Shown piece by piece: positions 50,011 to 62,767 of a stretch of 64,000 nt of DNA; position 1 is the stretch's first letter; the number at the start of each line of letters is the position of its first letter. The stretch is taken from positions 61,630,001 through 61,694,000 of the forward strand of contig CM059432.1 of NCBI GenBank assembly GCA_030390025.1. The letters run 5' to 3'. Under the pieces are notes generated by a model. That model worked only from the letters and a program-made list of their open reading frames with translations, did not search any database and had not been told where the DNA came from. This DNA is from Squalus acanthias (lineage: Eukaryota). The position numbers and the translations under genes were made by a program.

Positions 50011-50671
50011 GATGTTTCAGGGCTCTATTGAGTGTGGATGTGTGCCAGAGGACTCGAGAGTGGCCAATGTAGTACCCATTTTTTTAAAAAGGACACAGAG
50101 CTAATACAAGTAATTACAGACTAGTTCACTTAACATCTGTGGTTGGAAAAGTATTAAGTCTTTAATTAAAGATTAAATTACCACATATCTAGATAGATAA
50201 AATAGAAATAGCCAGCATAGGTTTCAAAGGGAATAATCGTGCTTGGCAAATGTCATAAAATTCTTTGAGAAGGTAACAGACCTGTTAAATTGGGGAAATG
50301 CAGTGGATATAGTGTACATGCCTTTAGGAAAGCCTTTTATAAAATACCACACGGGAGATTATAAAATACCACACGGGAGATTACCAGAGAAGATTAACAC
50401 AGGAGATTACCAGAGAAGATTAACGAGTATGGAATTAGGGGGAGGTTGGCAAACAGGATTCAAAATTGATTAGAAGGTAGAAAACAAGTGGAAGAAATTG
50501 GGCCCTGCTGTGCCTGGTTTTGGGTGCAAAATGGAGGCCAAAATTACCAATTTAAAGGTGCTGTCTCCCATGCTGCCTGAAATAAGTCCAACCCCGTACT
50601 GGGTCAGGCAATCTTTCAAATGTCCCTGGCGGTTGCCAAAAATAGGCGTTGGGTTCCTTATTAATACATGC

Positions 50672-53634
50672 GGGAACGGTAGTATCGTGGTTATGTTACT
50701 GGACGAGTAATCCAGAGGCCTGGACTAATGATCCAGAGATGTGAGTCCACGGCAGCTGGGGAATTTAAATTCAGTTAATTAAATAAACCTGGAATAAAAA
50801 GTTAGTATCATTAATGGTGACCAGGAAGCTATCATTGTAAAAACCCATCTGGTTCACTAATGTCCTTTAGGGAAGGAAATCTGCCGTCCTTACCTGGTCT
50901 GGCCTATATGTGACTGCAGACCCTCTGAAATAGCCTAGCAAGCCACTCAGTTGTAACAAACCGCTACGAAAAACAATAATAAAACTGAACGGACCACACG
51001 GCACTGGCTTCGGACACGACAACGCCACACCCAGCCTGGTCGACCCCGCAAAAGTCCTCAAACTCTCATTTGGGGACTTGTGCTAAAATTGAGAGAGCTG
51101 TCCCACAGACTCATCAAGCAACAACCTGACATAGTCATACTCACAGAATCATACCTTTCAGCCAATGTCCCAGACTCCTCCATCACCATCCCTGCGTATG
51201 TCCTGTCCCATCGGCAGGACAGACCCACCTGGGATGGAGGCACAGTGGTATACAGTCGGGAAGGAGTGGCGCTGGGAGTCCTCAAGATTGACTCCAGACC
51301 CCATAAAGTCTCATGGCTTCAGGTCAAGGCAAGGAAACCTCCTGCAGTACTCCTCCATGTTGAACGCCACTTGGAAGAAGCAAGTGCACACAATGTTCCT
51401 GTCGCAGATGCATCTGTCCATGACCGCATTGGTACAGTGACCACCGCACAGTCCTTGTGGAGACGAAGTCCCGTCTTCACACTGAGGACACCCTCCATCG
51501 TGTTGTGTGGCACTACCACCGTGCTAAATGGGATAGATTCAGAACAGATCTAGCAGCTCAAAACTGGGCATCCATGAGGCACTGTGGGCCATCAGCAGCA
51601 GCAGAATTGTATTCCACCACAATCTGTAACCTCATGGCCCAGGCATATCCCTCACTCTACCGTTACCATCAAACCAGGGGACCAACCCTGGTTCAATGAG
51701 GAGTGCAGAAGAGCATGCCATGAGCAGCACCAGGCATACCTAAAAATGAGGTGCCAAGCTGGGGAAGCTGCAACACAGGACTACATGCATGCTAAAAAGC
51801 AGAAGTAGCATGCTATAGACAGAGCTAAGCGATCCCACAATCAACGGATCAAATCATAGCTCTGCAGTCCTGCCACATCCAGTCGTGAATAATGGTGGAC
51901 AATTAAACAATTCACTGGAGGAGGGGGCTCCATGAATATCCCCATCCTCAATGATGGTGGAGCCCAGCAAGTGAGCGCAAAAGACAAGGCTGAAGCGTTT
52001 GCGACTATCTTTACCCAAAAGTGCCGAGTGGATGACCCTATCAGCCTCCTCCTGAGGTCCCCACCAATCCGATTCACTCCACGTGATATCAAGAAATGGC
52101 TGAGCGCACTGGATACAGCAAAGGCTATGGGCCCCGACAACATCCCAGCTGTAGTGCTGAAGACTTGTGCTCCAGAACTAGCAGCGCCTCTAGCCAATCT
52201 GTTCCAGTACAGCTACAACACTGGCATCTATCCGACAATTTGGGAAAACTGCCCAGGTATGTCCTGTCCGCAAAAGGCAGGACAAATCCAATCCTGCTAA
52301 TTACTGCCCCATCATTCTACTCTCAATCATCAGTGATAGAAGGTGTCAACGACAGTGCTATCAACTGGCACTTACTCAGCAATCACCTGCTCACCGATGC
52401 TCAGTTTGGGTTCCGCTCATTACAGCCTTGGTCCAAACATGAACAAAAGACCTGAATTCAAGAGGTGAGGTGAGAGTGACTGCCCTTGACATCAAGACAA
52501 CATTTGACCAAGTGTGGCATCTAGGAGCCCTAGTAAAATTGAAGTCAATGGGAATCAGGGGGAAAACTCTCCACTGGCTGGAGTCCTACTTAGCACAAAG
52601 GAAGATGGTTATGGTTGTTGGAGGTCAAACATCTCAGCCCCAGGGTGTCACTGCAGGAGTTCCTCAGGGCAGCATCGTAGGCCCAACCATCTTCAACTGC
52701 TTCATTAATGACCTTCCCTCCATCATAATATCAGAAGTGGGAATGTTCGCTGATGACTGCACAGTGTTCAGTTCCATTCGCAACTCCTCAGATAATGAAG
52801 CAGTCCATGCCCGCACGCAGCAAGACCTGGACAACTTTCAGGCTTGGCTGATAAGTGGCAGGTAACATTCGTGCCACACAAGTGCCAGGCAATGACTATC
52901 TCCAACAAGCGAGAGTCTAACCACTGCCCCTTGGCATTCAACGGCGTTATCATAGCCGAATTCCCCACCATCAACATCCTGGGGGTCACCATTGACCAGA
53001 AACTTAACTGGACCAGCCACATAAATACTGTGGCAACAAGAGCAGGTATTCTGCGGCGAGTGTCTCACCTCCTGACTCCCCAAAGCCTTTCCATCTACAA
53101 AGCACAAGTCAGGAGTGTGATGGAATACTCTCCACTTGCCTGAATGAGAGCAGCTCCAACAGCACTCAACAAGCTCGACACCATCCAGGACAAAGCAGCC
53201 CGCTTGATTGCCACCCCATCCACCACCTTAAACATTCACTCCCTCCACCATCGTTGTACCATGGCTGCAGTGTGTACCATCTACAAGATGCACTGCAGCA
53301 ACTCGCCAAGGCTTCTTCAGTAGCACCTCCCAAACCCGCGACCTCTACCTCCTAGAAGGACAAGGGCAGCAGGCGCATGGGAACACCACCACCTCCAAGT
53401 TCCCCTCCAAATCACACACCATCCTGACTTAGAAGTATATCACTGATCCTTCATCGTTGCTGGATCAAAATCCTGGAACTCCCTACCTAACAGCACTGTG
53501 GGAGTACCTTCACCACACGGACTGCAGCGGTTCAAGAAGGCAGCTCACCACCACCTTCTCAAGTACAATTAGGGATGAGCAATAAATGCTGGCCTTGCCA
53601 GCGACGCCCACATCCCAGGAACGAATATAAAAAA
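50672..53634 (+). mobile_element. Near full-length single-ORF RTE/RTEX-like LINE with a tRNA-like head, inserted in a MITE (~50488-50671 and 53635-54091)
   Basis: PDIVILTESYL, KAMGPDNIP, ALDIK.TFD.VWH, PQGSIVGP, FADDCT and MEYSPLA; 3' stem-loop and A tail; CATGC on both flanks. Confidence 0.88.
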
Positions 53635-54604
53635 CTCATGCAAGGGGCCTAATGCCTTTTTTGGGAAATTATGCACCCTGAGCAGACCAGGCACCAGCCC
53701 TGCTCCACTCAGAGTTTCCTGGCGTGAATCTAGCCTAGCAAGAGGCTGCCACCAAAAAGGTGAGCAATTTTTTTTTACAGTACTCCCGTACCTCCTGGTT
53801 CCACAGCACTCCTGAGAGCTGCTGCTGGACCTCTTCCTATTCTCATTCCTCTCTCCTCCCCCCCGCCCCTTCCCGGTTAGTTGCCTGAGGGCCACTGCTG
53901 GCGAGGCAGGTGGCCCAAACTAGAACGCAGGCAATGGGTGACCTGCCTTGGAGGCATGACAGGAGCCATAGCTTGTCCAAATTATTCAAATGAGGCTCTA
54001 GGCCCAATTTCGGGCGAGCCTTGAGCCTCACGTTTTGGAGTGTGTGCCGCCTGTTATGTGCCCAAAAACAGGCCATAACCAATTTTTATCCCAGAGAGTC
54101 AGAGTTAAGAGCAGGTTTCTGGAGTGGTTGGAATTGGGTAGTTCTTGGGCCTGCAGATCTGTTTACCTTATTTATTGATGACTTGGATATAGGCCTAGAG
54201 GGAGCGCTGTTGAAATTTGCAGTTGATCCCAAAGTAGGAGGTACATTTAATTATTTAGAAGACGAAAGGAAAATGCAAAGGGATATTGATAAGAAGGTGG
54301 CAGATGGAATTCAATGTTAGTAAGTGTGAGATGATGCATTTTAGTTTTTAAAAAAAGCAGCTGTAATTATACATGAATGGAAGTAAGCTCGGTGCTGTGG
54401 AAGAGCAGAGGGATTTGGGGTACAGGTTCACAAAACATTAAAGGTAGCACCTCAGGTTGATAAGGCCAATAAAAAGCGAATGAAATTCTATGTTTTATCT
54501 CAAGAGGTATAGAATATATAAGCAAAGAAGTAATCATGAGCCTATATACAACCATAACAAGACATCAATTAGAGTACTGTGTGCAGTGCTAGGCAGTACA
54601 CTAT

Positions 54605-55367
54605 GGCCTAGAAATTTGCGTGGCCGGCTTGCCGCGGGGGTAAGGATCGCGCGCGCTCCTACCCACCGCACCTGCCGTTGTGTTTTGGGCCCACAGGAAC
54701 TTCGGGTCCTGGGCCTCTCCCAAGAGCCGGCGCGCAGTGCTTGCGTGTCCCAGAGGCGCAGTTAGTGCGATGCAACCCCTGGGATCACGTGGGCCATGGA
54801 GAGCCAATGGCAGCAGACCATCTTTCATTCATAGATTTGACAGGAGACCTGTCAAATCTGTGAATTGAAATCGGCCCCAAAAGAACAGCTAAACTTAAAA
54901 TAATTTTTTTTTAAAAACCATCACATTTATAAAATAACTATAGTTAAATAAATTAACCACTTTAAAAAAAAATTACATTTTTGAAAAAATTAAAAAAAAA
55001 TTTAAAGTTATAAAAATAAACTTACCTTTCTTTAAAGTATCTAAAAAAGATAAACCTGTTGAAAAAAATTTAAAATTATACTTAATTAACTACTTACCTT
55101 GTTCAAAAGGGGTCTTACGCCTCCTTTTTATTAGCGTAGAATCTTCAATACTTACCCTCGCGTTGAAACCTGAAAAAAAATCTAAGTGTGCTGCGTGCGC
55201 GCAGCCTCTAGCGCGCACGCGGTTCACCTAGGAACCGCCCCCTTCACCATACCGGAAGTTCCGGTTTCCCGCGCATGCGCAGTGCATGCAGGAAACCGGC
55301 ACTTCGGGAATGAATACGGGTGAGTACACAGTCCGTACTCACCCGGGAACGGCCGAATTTTTGGGCC
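54605..55367 (-). mobile_element. Young Harbinger-type MITE, copy 2 (inverted relative to 26509-27270)
   Basis: Reverse-complement match over the full length; TSD TAT (54602-04, 55368-70). Confidence 0.9.
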
Positions 55368-55438
55368 TATATGTATGTTTCTGAGGCTTTAAAGAGAGTA
55401 CCGTGCAGATTCACTGTGTGCAATATTGGCCTCCACAA

Positions 55439-55860
55439 CAGTGTTCAATATGTTGGCCACTAGCCACATATGGCTAATTTGAGGATCCAGATGTGGCTAA
55501 TTGCATTTCTGATTAGTAAATAAAAATTGAGTAATATCACTATCATTGGGCACGTGATCTCAATACTCATATTCGCATGGCGTATGCATGTGTACTTTAA
55601 CCTTTTCTTTATTTGTTGGTAATATGGTGCAACAAAAAGCAGTGTTGTGAGTGTTTTTTGATCATTCTGAGTATTTTACTTCCTTGGTTACTGAATGGTG
55701 GTCATCATTTGGTAAGTGAATATACACATGTGAAATATATTTACCTAGATTGTGTGAGTGCATGTATGGCATTTTCTACTATAATTAGTGCATGTGGCTA
55801 AAACAGGTTCACCAGACGGCGCATTTGTGGCTAGTCGGCAATTTTTATTGGTCAATATTG
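55439..55860. mobile_element. hAT (Charlie/MER3-like) non-autonomous element
   Basis: 8-bp TSD CTCCACAA / CTCCACAC; CAGTGTT / AATATTG ends; repeated subterminal TAGCCACA / TGTGGCTA motifs. Confidence 0.7.
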
Positions 55861-56449
55861 CTCCACACTATGGGAAGGATATTGAGGCTTTAAATAGGTT
55901 ACAACACAGATTAACTCGGATACTGCCTGGTATAAGTAAATAGAAATATGAAAGAAGATTTGAAATATTGGATCTTTTTATATTGGAACATCACAGATTA
56001 TGGGGCGATAGGATAGGACTGTTTAAAATTATAAGAGGATGGGAAGGGTAGATAGAAGCAGACTATTTCCAGTATTTGAGGGTTCAAGAACAAGTGGCCA
56101 TAGATGCAAGATTAAATGTAAGAGATTTAGAACAGTGAGCAGGAGAAACTTCTTTACACTGAGAATTGTGAGGTTGTAGCATTCACTTCCAGGGTTGTTG
56201 GTTGAGGCAGAAAATATGCCACCATTGAAGATTAGATTGGATAGTTGGATGAAGGAAAAGGAGTAAAAGGCAAATGGGAATAGGTTGGGTAGATGTACTG
56301 GAGGGTGAACACTGATATGGACTGGTTGGACCAAATGGTTTTTCCATGTTGTAACTTCTATGTATTTCTATGAATGGCAACAGGCTGGAGATGAAGCTGT
56401 TGAATAGATTTGCCAAGCAGGCGTTTTGAAACTCTGAGACCCGACTCAG

Positions 56450-58305
56450 GAACATAAAAGCGGATTGTAAAAGCTTCTACAAGTATGTAAAAAGAAAAAG
56501 ATTAGTGAAGACAAATGTAGGTCCCTTACAGTCAGAAACGGGAGAATTTATAATGGGGAACAAGGAAATGGCAGAGTAATTAAACAAATACTGTGGTTCT
56601 GTCTTCACAGAAGAGGACACAAATAACTTCCCAGAAATGCTAGGGAACCAAGGGTCTAGTGAGAAGGAGGAATTAAAGGAAATTAGTATTAGTAAAAAAA
56701 TAGTGCTGGAGAAATCAATGGGACTGAAAGCTGATAAATCCCCAGGGCCTGATAATCTGCATCCCAGAGTACTAAAAGAGGTAGCCATGGAAATAATGGA
56801 TGCATTGGTTGTCGTCATCCAAAATTCTATAGATTATGGAACAGTTCCTGCAGATTGGAGGGTGGCAAATGTAACCCCACTATTTAAAAAAGGAGGGAGA
56901 GAGAAAAAAAAGGGAACTACAGACCGGTTAGCCTAACATCAGTAGTAGGGAAAATGCTAGAGTCTATTATAAAGGATGTGATAACAGGACAGTTAGAAAA
57001 TATCAACGGGATTAGACAAAGTCAACATGGATTTATGAAAGGGAAATCGTGGTTGACAAACCTACTGGAGCTTTTTGAGGATGTAACTGGTAGAATAGAT
57101 AAGGGAGAACCAGTGGGTGGTGTATTTGGATTTTCAGAAGGCCTTTGATAAATTCCCACATAAGAGGCTAGTGTACAAAATTAAGCACATGGGATTGGGG
57201 GTAATATACTGGCATGGATTGAAAATTGGTTAACGGACAGGAAACAGAGAGTAGGAATAATTGGGTCTTTTTCGGGGTGGCAGGCGGTGACTAGTGGGGT
57301 ACCACAGGGATCAGTGCTTGGACCCCAGCTATTCACAATATATATCAATAATTTGGATGAGGGAACCAAATGTAATATTTCCAAGTTTGCTGACGACACG
57401 AAACTAGGTGGGATTGTGAGTTGTGAGGAGGATGCAAAGGGGCTTCAAGGCGATTTAGACAAGTTGAGTCAGTGGGCAAATACATGGCAGATGCAGTATA
57501 ACGTGGATAAATGTGAAGTTATCCACTTCGGTAGGAAAAACAGAAAGGTAGAGTATTATTTAAATAGTGATAGATTGGGAAATGTTGATGTACAAAGGGA
57601 CCTGGGTGTCCTTGTACACCAGCCACTGAAAGCAAACATGCAGGTGCAGCAAGCAGTTAGGAAGGCAAATGGTATGTTGGCCTTCATTGCAAGAGGATTT
57701 GAGTACAGGAGCAAGGACGTCTTACTACAGTTGTACAGGGCCTTGGTGAGACCACACCTGGAGTACTGTGTGCAGTTTTGGTCTCCTTACCTAAGAAAGG
57801 ATATACTTGCCATAGAGGGAGTGCAGCGAAGGTTCACCAGACTGATTCCTGGGATGGCAGGACTGTCGTATGAGGAGAGATTGGGTCGACTAGGCCTGTA
57901 TTCACTCGAGTTTAGAAGAATGAGAGGGGATCTCATTGAAACGTATAAAATTCTGACAGGGCTAGACAGACTGGATGCAGGGAGGATGTTTCCCCTGGCT
58001 GGGGGGTCTAAAACGAGGGGTCACAGTCTCGGGATATGGGGTAGGACATTTAGGACTGAGATGAGGAGAAATTTCTTCACTCAGAGGGTGGTGAACCTGT
58101 GGAATTCTCTACCACATAAGGCTGTGGAGGCCAAGTCACTGAATATGTTTAAGAAGGAGATAGATAGATTTCTAGACACAAAAGGCGTCAAGGGGTATGG
58201 GGAGAGAGCGGGAATATGGTATTGAGATAGAGGATCAGCCATGATCGTATTGAATGGTGGAGCAGGCTTGAAGGGCCGAATGGCCTACTCCTGCTCCTAT
58301 TTTTT
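56450..58305 (+). mobile_element. 5'-truncated CR1
   Basis: RT ORFs 56637..56936, 56954..57148, 57287..58225 and a 3' hairpin. Confidence 0.92.
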
Positions 58306-58554
58306 TTTCTGAGTAGGATGTGAAATTCATCTTTGGTCACAGAGCAAAATGGCCAATAGCGAATCAGCAGCCTGTTTTACATTCCGCCCGATTTTCTTTT
58401 CCAATGGATACGCTGATTGCTCGTTTTGCATTACTGCCCAAGAATCTCAAACAGAAATATTTCATCTCTGATGGCAGATCTTTGTAACTATTTTGTAGTG
58501 TTTGAACGGTGGGGTTAGTACTTCAGATTACATTTTATTAAGTGTTGGCTACTT

Positions 58555-58830
58555 AGTTGAGAAAAGAACCAGGGAAGAAGATGAGGAGAATTATTTTACG
58601 CAGAGAGTTGTTATGATCTGGAATGCACTGCCTGAAAGGGTGGTGGAAGCAGATTCAATAGTAACTTTCAAAAGAGAATTGGATATATACTTGAAAAGGA
58701 AAAATATTGCAGGGCTGTGGGGAGAGGACAGGAGAATGGGACTAATTGGACGGCTCTTTCCAAGTGCCGGCACAGGCACGATGGGCCAAATGGCCTCCCT
58801 CTGTGCTGTAGGATTCAATGATTCTATGAT
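58555..58830 (+). mobile_element. CR1 3' fragment ending ~65 nt before the DTNA acceptor at 58896
   Basis: FTQRVVMIWNALP and a TTCTATGA tail. Confidence 0.8.
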
Positions 58831-58896
58831 AGTTTTTGTAAATGTGAGTACTGTGATTTTTTTTCCCAAAATATTTTTCATCTTTCTTTAAATCAG

Positions 58897-58977
58897 GGGC
58901 CCAAGACTTGGATCGCATTCGTTTATCCACCTATAGGACGGCATGTAAGCTCCGATTTGTACAGAAAAAGTGCAACT
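58897..58977 (+). CDS. DTNA: alpha-dystrobrevin, second coding exon ([27 protein letters not shown])
   Basis: CAG acceptor 58894-58896, GTAAGT donor at 58978. 81 nt, phase 1-1, in frame with the neighbouring exons. AQDLDRIRL and KKCN are alpha- rather than beta-type. Confidence 0.96.
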
Positions 58978-59465
58978 GTAAGTATGCCTCATTCCACAGG
59001 ACAATAAATGTGCAACATTGTTTGGTTGTCTGTTCCCAGGCCACCACCAAGCCACTCTTAAACTGATGAAGAGATGCAAGAGAGCAACTTGGGTTCATCC
59101 ACACTTAGATATATATTTTTTAATTTTTACTTCTGTTTGGTATCTGTCTCTGATGGTGTGGGCAAGATCAAAAACTTCATATACATGGAATCGTGGATAC
59201 AAAGCCATATCCTACTATTCTGTACCACAGTAACTTTCTACCTCAACACAACACTTAGATTTATATGGAGCCTTTAACATAGTAAACATCCCAAGGTGCA
59301 TCACAGAGGAGGAATGAATGCAAACCAATAATAGGCAAAGAGTCCAAGGAGGGGACTAAAGACATAGTCAAAGAGATATGTTTTGAGGGGACTTTAGAAG
59401 GTGAAGACAGAGTTGGTGAGGCCAGTAGGTTTAGAGGGAGATTTCCAGACTATAGCTAAGACATT

Positions 59466-60197
59466 GGGCTGGATTTTGATACTGGGGTGGGTTGGGGTCG
59501 TGTCATCCGCATTTCGTGTTATCTACCCGACTGCAATTGGATGTGGGAGATTGATGCAATTTTCACCTAATTGGGCAATTGAGTTCCAGCATGTGGGAAC
59601 CCATGAACCAATTAGTGTTTTCAGTCTGAAAGTCGCCTCTGATGATGTCATCATTGCTGCTGCATTGCAGGTCAGAGACTGCCTGGCCTTTGCTGTGAGA
59701 GGACCTGGATGCAAAATGAGCAGCATCTCAGAGAGAGAGAGAGAGAATTTTTTTTGCATCCAGGTCCTCTCATAGCAAAGGCCAGGCAGTCTCTGAAGAC
59801 ATTCAATGCAGCAGCATCAGAGGCGACTTTCAGACCTAATACTACTACTACCTTCATCACATCTCCGTTGTAATAGTGGACCTGCAGCTGATAGTCAGCT
59901 ATCCACTTGTGCTCCCGCCAGGTTTCACTGGCGTGTTTCAGATCAGGCGTGCTTCATGTGGGAAAAGGGTTAAACTAGCTAAAATGTTTCAAAATGGCAT
60001 TACAGAGCCAATTTAGGGCTTGTTAAGGGCTTTAATGGCCTCTCCCGCCTCTTGGAGGCGGGACGGAGACGAGACCACCGCACACGATTTCATCAAAATT
60101 GCGTGGAGGCGGGATCGGGTCCGCCCGCTACTTTTCGCAATTTTAACCCCCCACACGCCTCCAAACCCACCTCCACGGGTCTATGAAAATCCAGCCC
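59466..60197. mobile_element. Harbinger-type non-autonomous element containing a long fold-back
   Basis: Perfect 12-bp TIR GGGCTGGATTTT; TSD ATT (59463-65, 60198-200). Confidence 0.88.
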
Positions 60198-60389
60198 ATT
60201 GGGTCAGCAAAGGTGATGGGGAGGGTGCGCAAGAGGCCACAGTCAAAAGAGTAGAGAGTGTATGCTGGTGTATAGGGCTGGAGGAGCTTGCAGTGGTAGG
60301 GTGTGGTGAGGCTGTGGAGAAATTTGTAGAGAATTTTGAATTCAATGAAAGGCATTTGATAAAATTCCCCAGGAAAGCTGTTAGTTAAT

Positions 60390-61410
60390 CTCAAAGCCGT
60401 GGGGATTCAGCTGAGAATGGATAAGAAATTGGCTGAAGGTTATAAAACAACAAGCACTTGTTAGAGGAGCTTTGTCAGGGTAGGGGGAAGTACTCGGTTG
60501 GATTTCCCAACTAATTGGTACTACTACGTTTTCTAATTGACATAAATAACATGGATTCAGAAATTCAATGCAAAGTGGTCAAACTTGCAAACGGCACAAA
60601 ACTAGGAGGGGCAGCGGAATCTTGAGGAGGCAGAAGTTACAGAGTGAGTTGGATAAAATATGTAAGTGGGTAGAACAATTGCAGATGATTTTTAATGAAA
60701 GTACCACATGTAGGAAGGACAAATAGGCAACATATATATATATATCCTGTGAATGGTGTTGAATAGCTGAGGATAAAGCTGAAAAAGATCTAAGACTCTT
60801 TTGTAGACTCGACACTGAGCTTGCCTAACTGTGCAGAGCAGCAATCAACAAAGCCATAGAATATTGAACTCCATAGCCAAATCAGTAGAATGCAAATCAG
60901 AGGAAATTGTGACTAAGCTGATCGGACCACACCATGACCAAACTATGACTAGTTCTGGTTGATGAAATGCAAGGGAGACATTCAACCATTAGAGCCAGTA
61001 TGGAGAATTGGCATGGGGGTGACCCCTAGTGGTAAAGCTCTGAGTTATGAGGAATGACTGGAGAAACCTGGGCTTTTCAGCCTGGAAAGGAGTTGTCTGA
61101 GTGTTGACCTTTATAGAGGTATATAAGATAGTTAAGAGAATGGAGAAGGTAGATTTGAAACATTGCTTTAAACTAAATTACAACAAGGGAACACAGGTTC
61201 AAGCTAATGAAAGGCAGATTAGGACTGATGCCAGGAAATTCTTCTTCACACGAAGAGTGATTAACATATGACATAGACTTCCAAGAGTATTGGAGGCGAA
61301 TCTTTTAAGAAAAAATTGGATACTGAAATGGGGAATTGAAAATATCTCCGAATGAATTAATTGTGGTCGATGAAATTACCTTCCTTGTCTGTAATTATCT
61401 TGTGATCTTG
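60390..61410 (+). mobile_element. Old CR1 3' half
   Basis: Degenerate KLANGTKLG and FFFTRRVIN; TTATCTTGTGATCTT end shared with ~28060-28074. Confidence 0.65.
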
Positions 61411-62480
61411 TAGTAGTGGATAGGGTGATAGTTGAGGTCAGCAGTGATAGGCGAGTGGGACTTAGTGCGGGATAGAATGCAGGCAGATGAGTTTTGGATG
61501 CATTAAGTCTATACAGGGTGGAGCTCAGGTGGAGAGCAAAGGAGAAGTCAAGCTTGGAGGTGACAAAGTCGAGATGAGGGTTTCAGTGGAGATGGGGCTA
61601 AAGTAATGGAGAGGGTGAGTGATATTGCAGAGCTGAAAATTTGAGGTCTTGGTGCTGGCTTATCATTTGGTGTCTGAAGCTCAGCTCAGGGTCAAACAGA
61701 ACACCAAGGTTGTGCACTGTCAAGTTTAGCCTGAACAAACCGGTGAGGAAGAGGATGAAATTGGAGGCTTGGGTGTGGAGTCTTGGCAGAAGCCAAACAG
61801 AATGACTTGTTACCAGTGCCAAACTGGAGAAACTTCTGGTGCATCCATAAGCTGATGTCAGACAAATAGTACTTCATGTCAGACAAGCAGTACAGTAGTG
61901 GTCAAGGAGCCAAGGATAATGGTGGAATAATAGTGCTGGATGTTGTCAGGATACATATGCAAACAGACCCCATGTCCAGAGATAATGTTGCCAACGGCCT
62001 GCATGTATGTAAAGAATAGGAGAGGGCCAAGAATGGAACTCCCAAGGCGAACGTGCAAGAGGGCAGGAGGAAGCTATTTCAGGTGTGCTAATTGGAAGGA
62101 GGTCAAGAATGCAGGAGCTGTGTCTTGTGGAGGAGAATAGCCTGATAAAGGAGAATGGAACTCTGGGGCACTCCTGACCTGATCATACAAGGGGAGGGAG
62201 GAGGAGCTATTGGAGGTTATGTTGGCACAGGTAGGAGTGAAACTGAGTGAGGGCAGTGCTACAGGAGTGACAAACATTGAACACCACAGAAAGGTTGAGG
62301 AGTGCAAGAAAGGATAGTGCACCATAATTGCAGTCACAAGTTGAAGCCATTGGTGACTTTGACTAGTTCAATCATGGTGCTTTAGGCAGGGTGGAAACTG
62401 GTCATAATGGAGGAGAAGCTACAGAGTGATATAAATTTGGGGGACAGGTAAGAGGAGGTTTACGGATAGTCAAGAATGGA
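61411..62480 (-). mobile_element. Old L2 fragment
   Basis: ORF 61598..61822 contains VHNLGVLFDPELSF, homologous to 35293..35625. Confidence 0.65.
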
Positions 62481-62553
62481 GGATGAGGCAGCCAGGCTCA
62501 ACTGCCTCTGTTTTTATGAAACTTACCCATCTTTTTCTTTTTTACTTGTTTAG

Positions 62554-62767
62554 TGCACTTGGTAGATGTTTGGAATATTATAGAGGCATTCAGAGAAAAT
62601 GGGCTAAATACAATGGATCCGAATGCTGAACTCAGTGTGGCTCGCTTGGAAGCTATCATCTCCACAATACTTTACCAGCTGAACAAACGAATGCCAACCA
62701 CCCATCAAATAAATGTCGAACAGTCCATTAGTTTACTGCTGAACTTTCTGCTTGCTGCCTATGATGG
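62554..62767 (+). CDS. DTNA: alpha-dystrobrevin, third coding exon (EF-hand region, [17 protein letters not shown]...[26 protein letters not shown])
   Basis: Polypyrimidine tract plus TAG acceptor 62551-62553, GTACGT donor at 62768. 214 nt; overlaps ORF 62553..62801. The gene continues beyond the window. Confidence 0.96.

Larger units (their letters stand above)
48500..56370 (+). mobile_element. Old long CR1 (endonuclease to 3' end) fragmented by at least six insertions
   Basis: GEYYRPSN, PGPDRIHPRIL, ANVVPIF, LFIDDLD..FAVDPK and the 3' end occur in colinear order between the inserts. Confidence 0.75.

Noticed and set aside
50340..50425. Short tandem duplications (also 31487-31520 and 2713-2739)
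   Set aside because: Ordinary slippage within decayed repeats.
28605..62767. Beta-dystrobrevin (DTNB) or dystrophin identity
   Set aside because: [23 protein letters not shown] and RMPTTHQI match my recollection of the alpha paralogue; a phylogeny would confirm.
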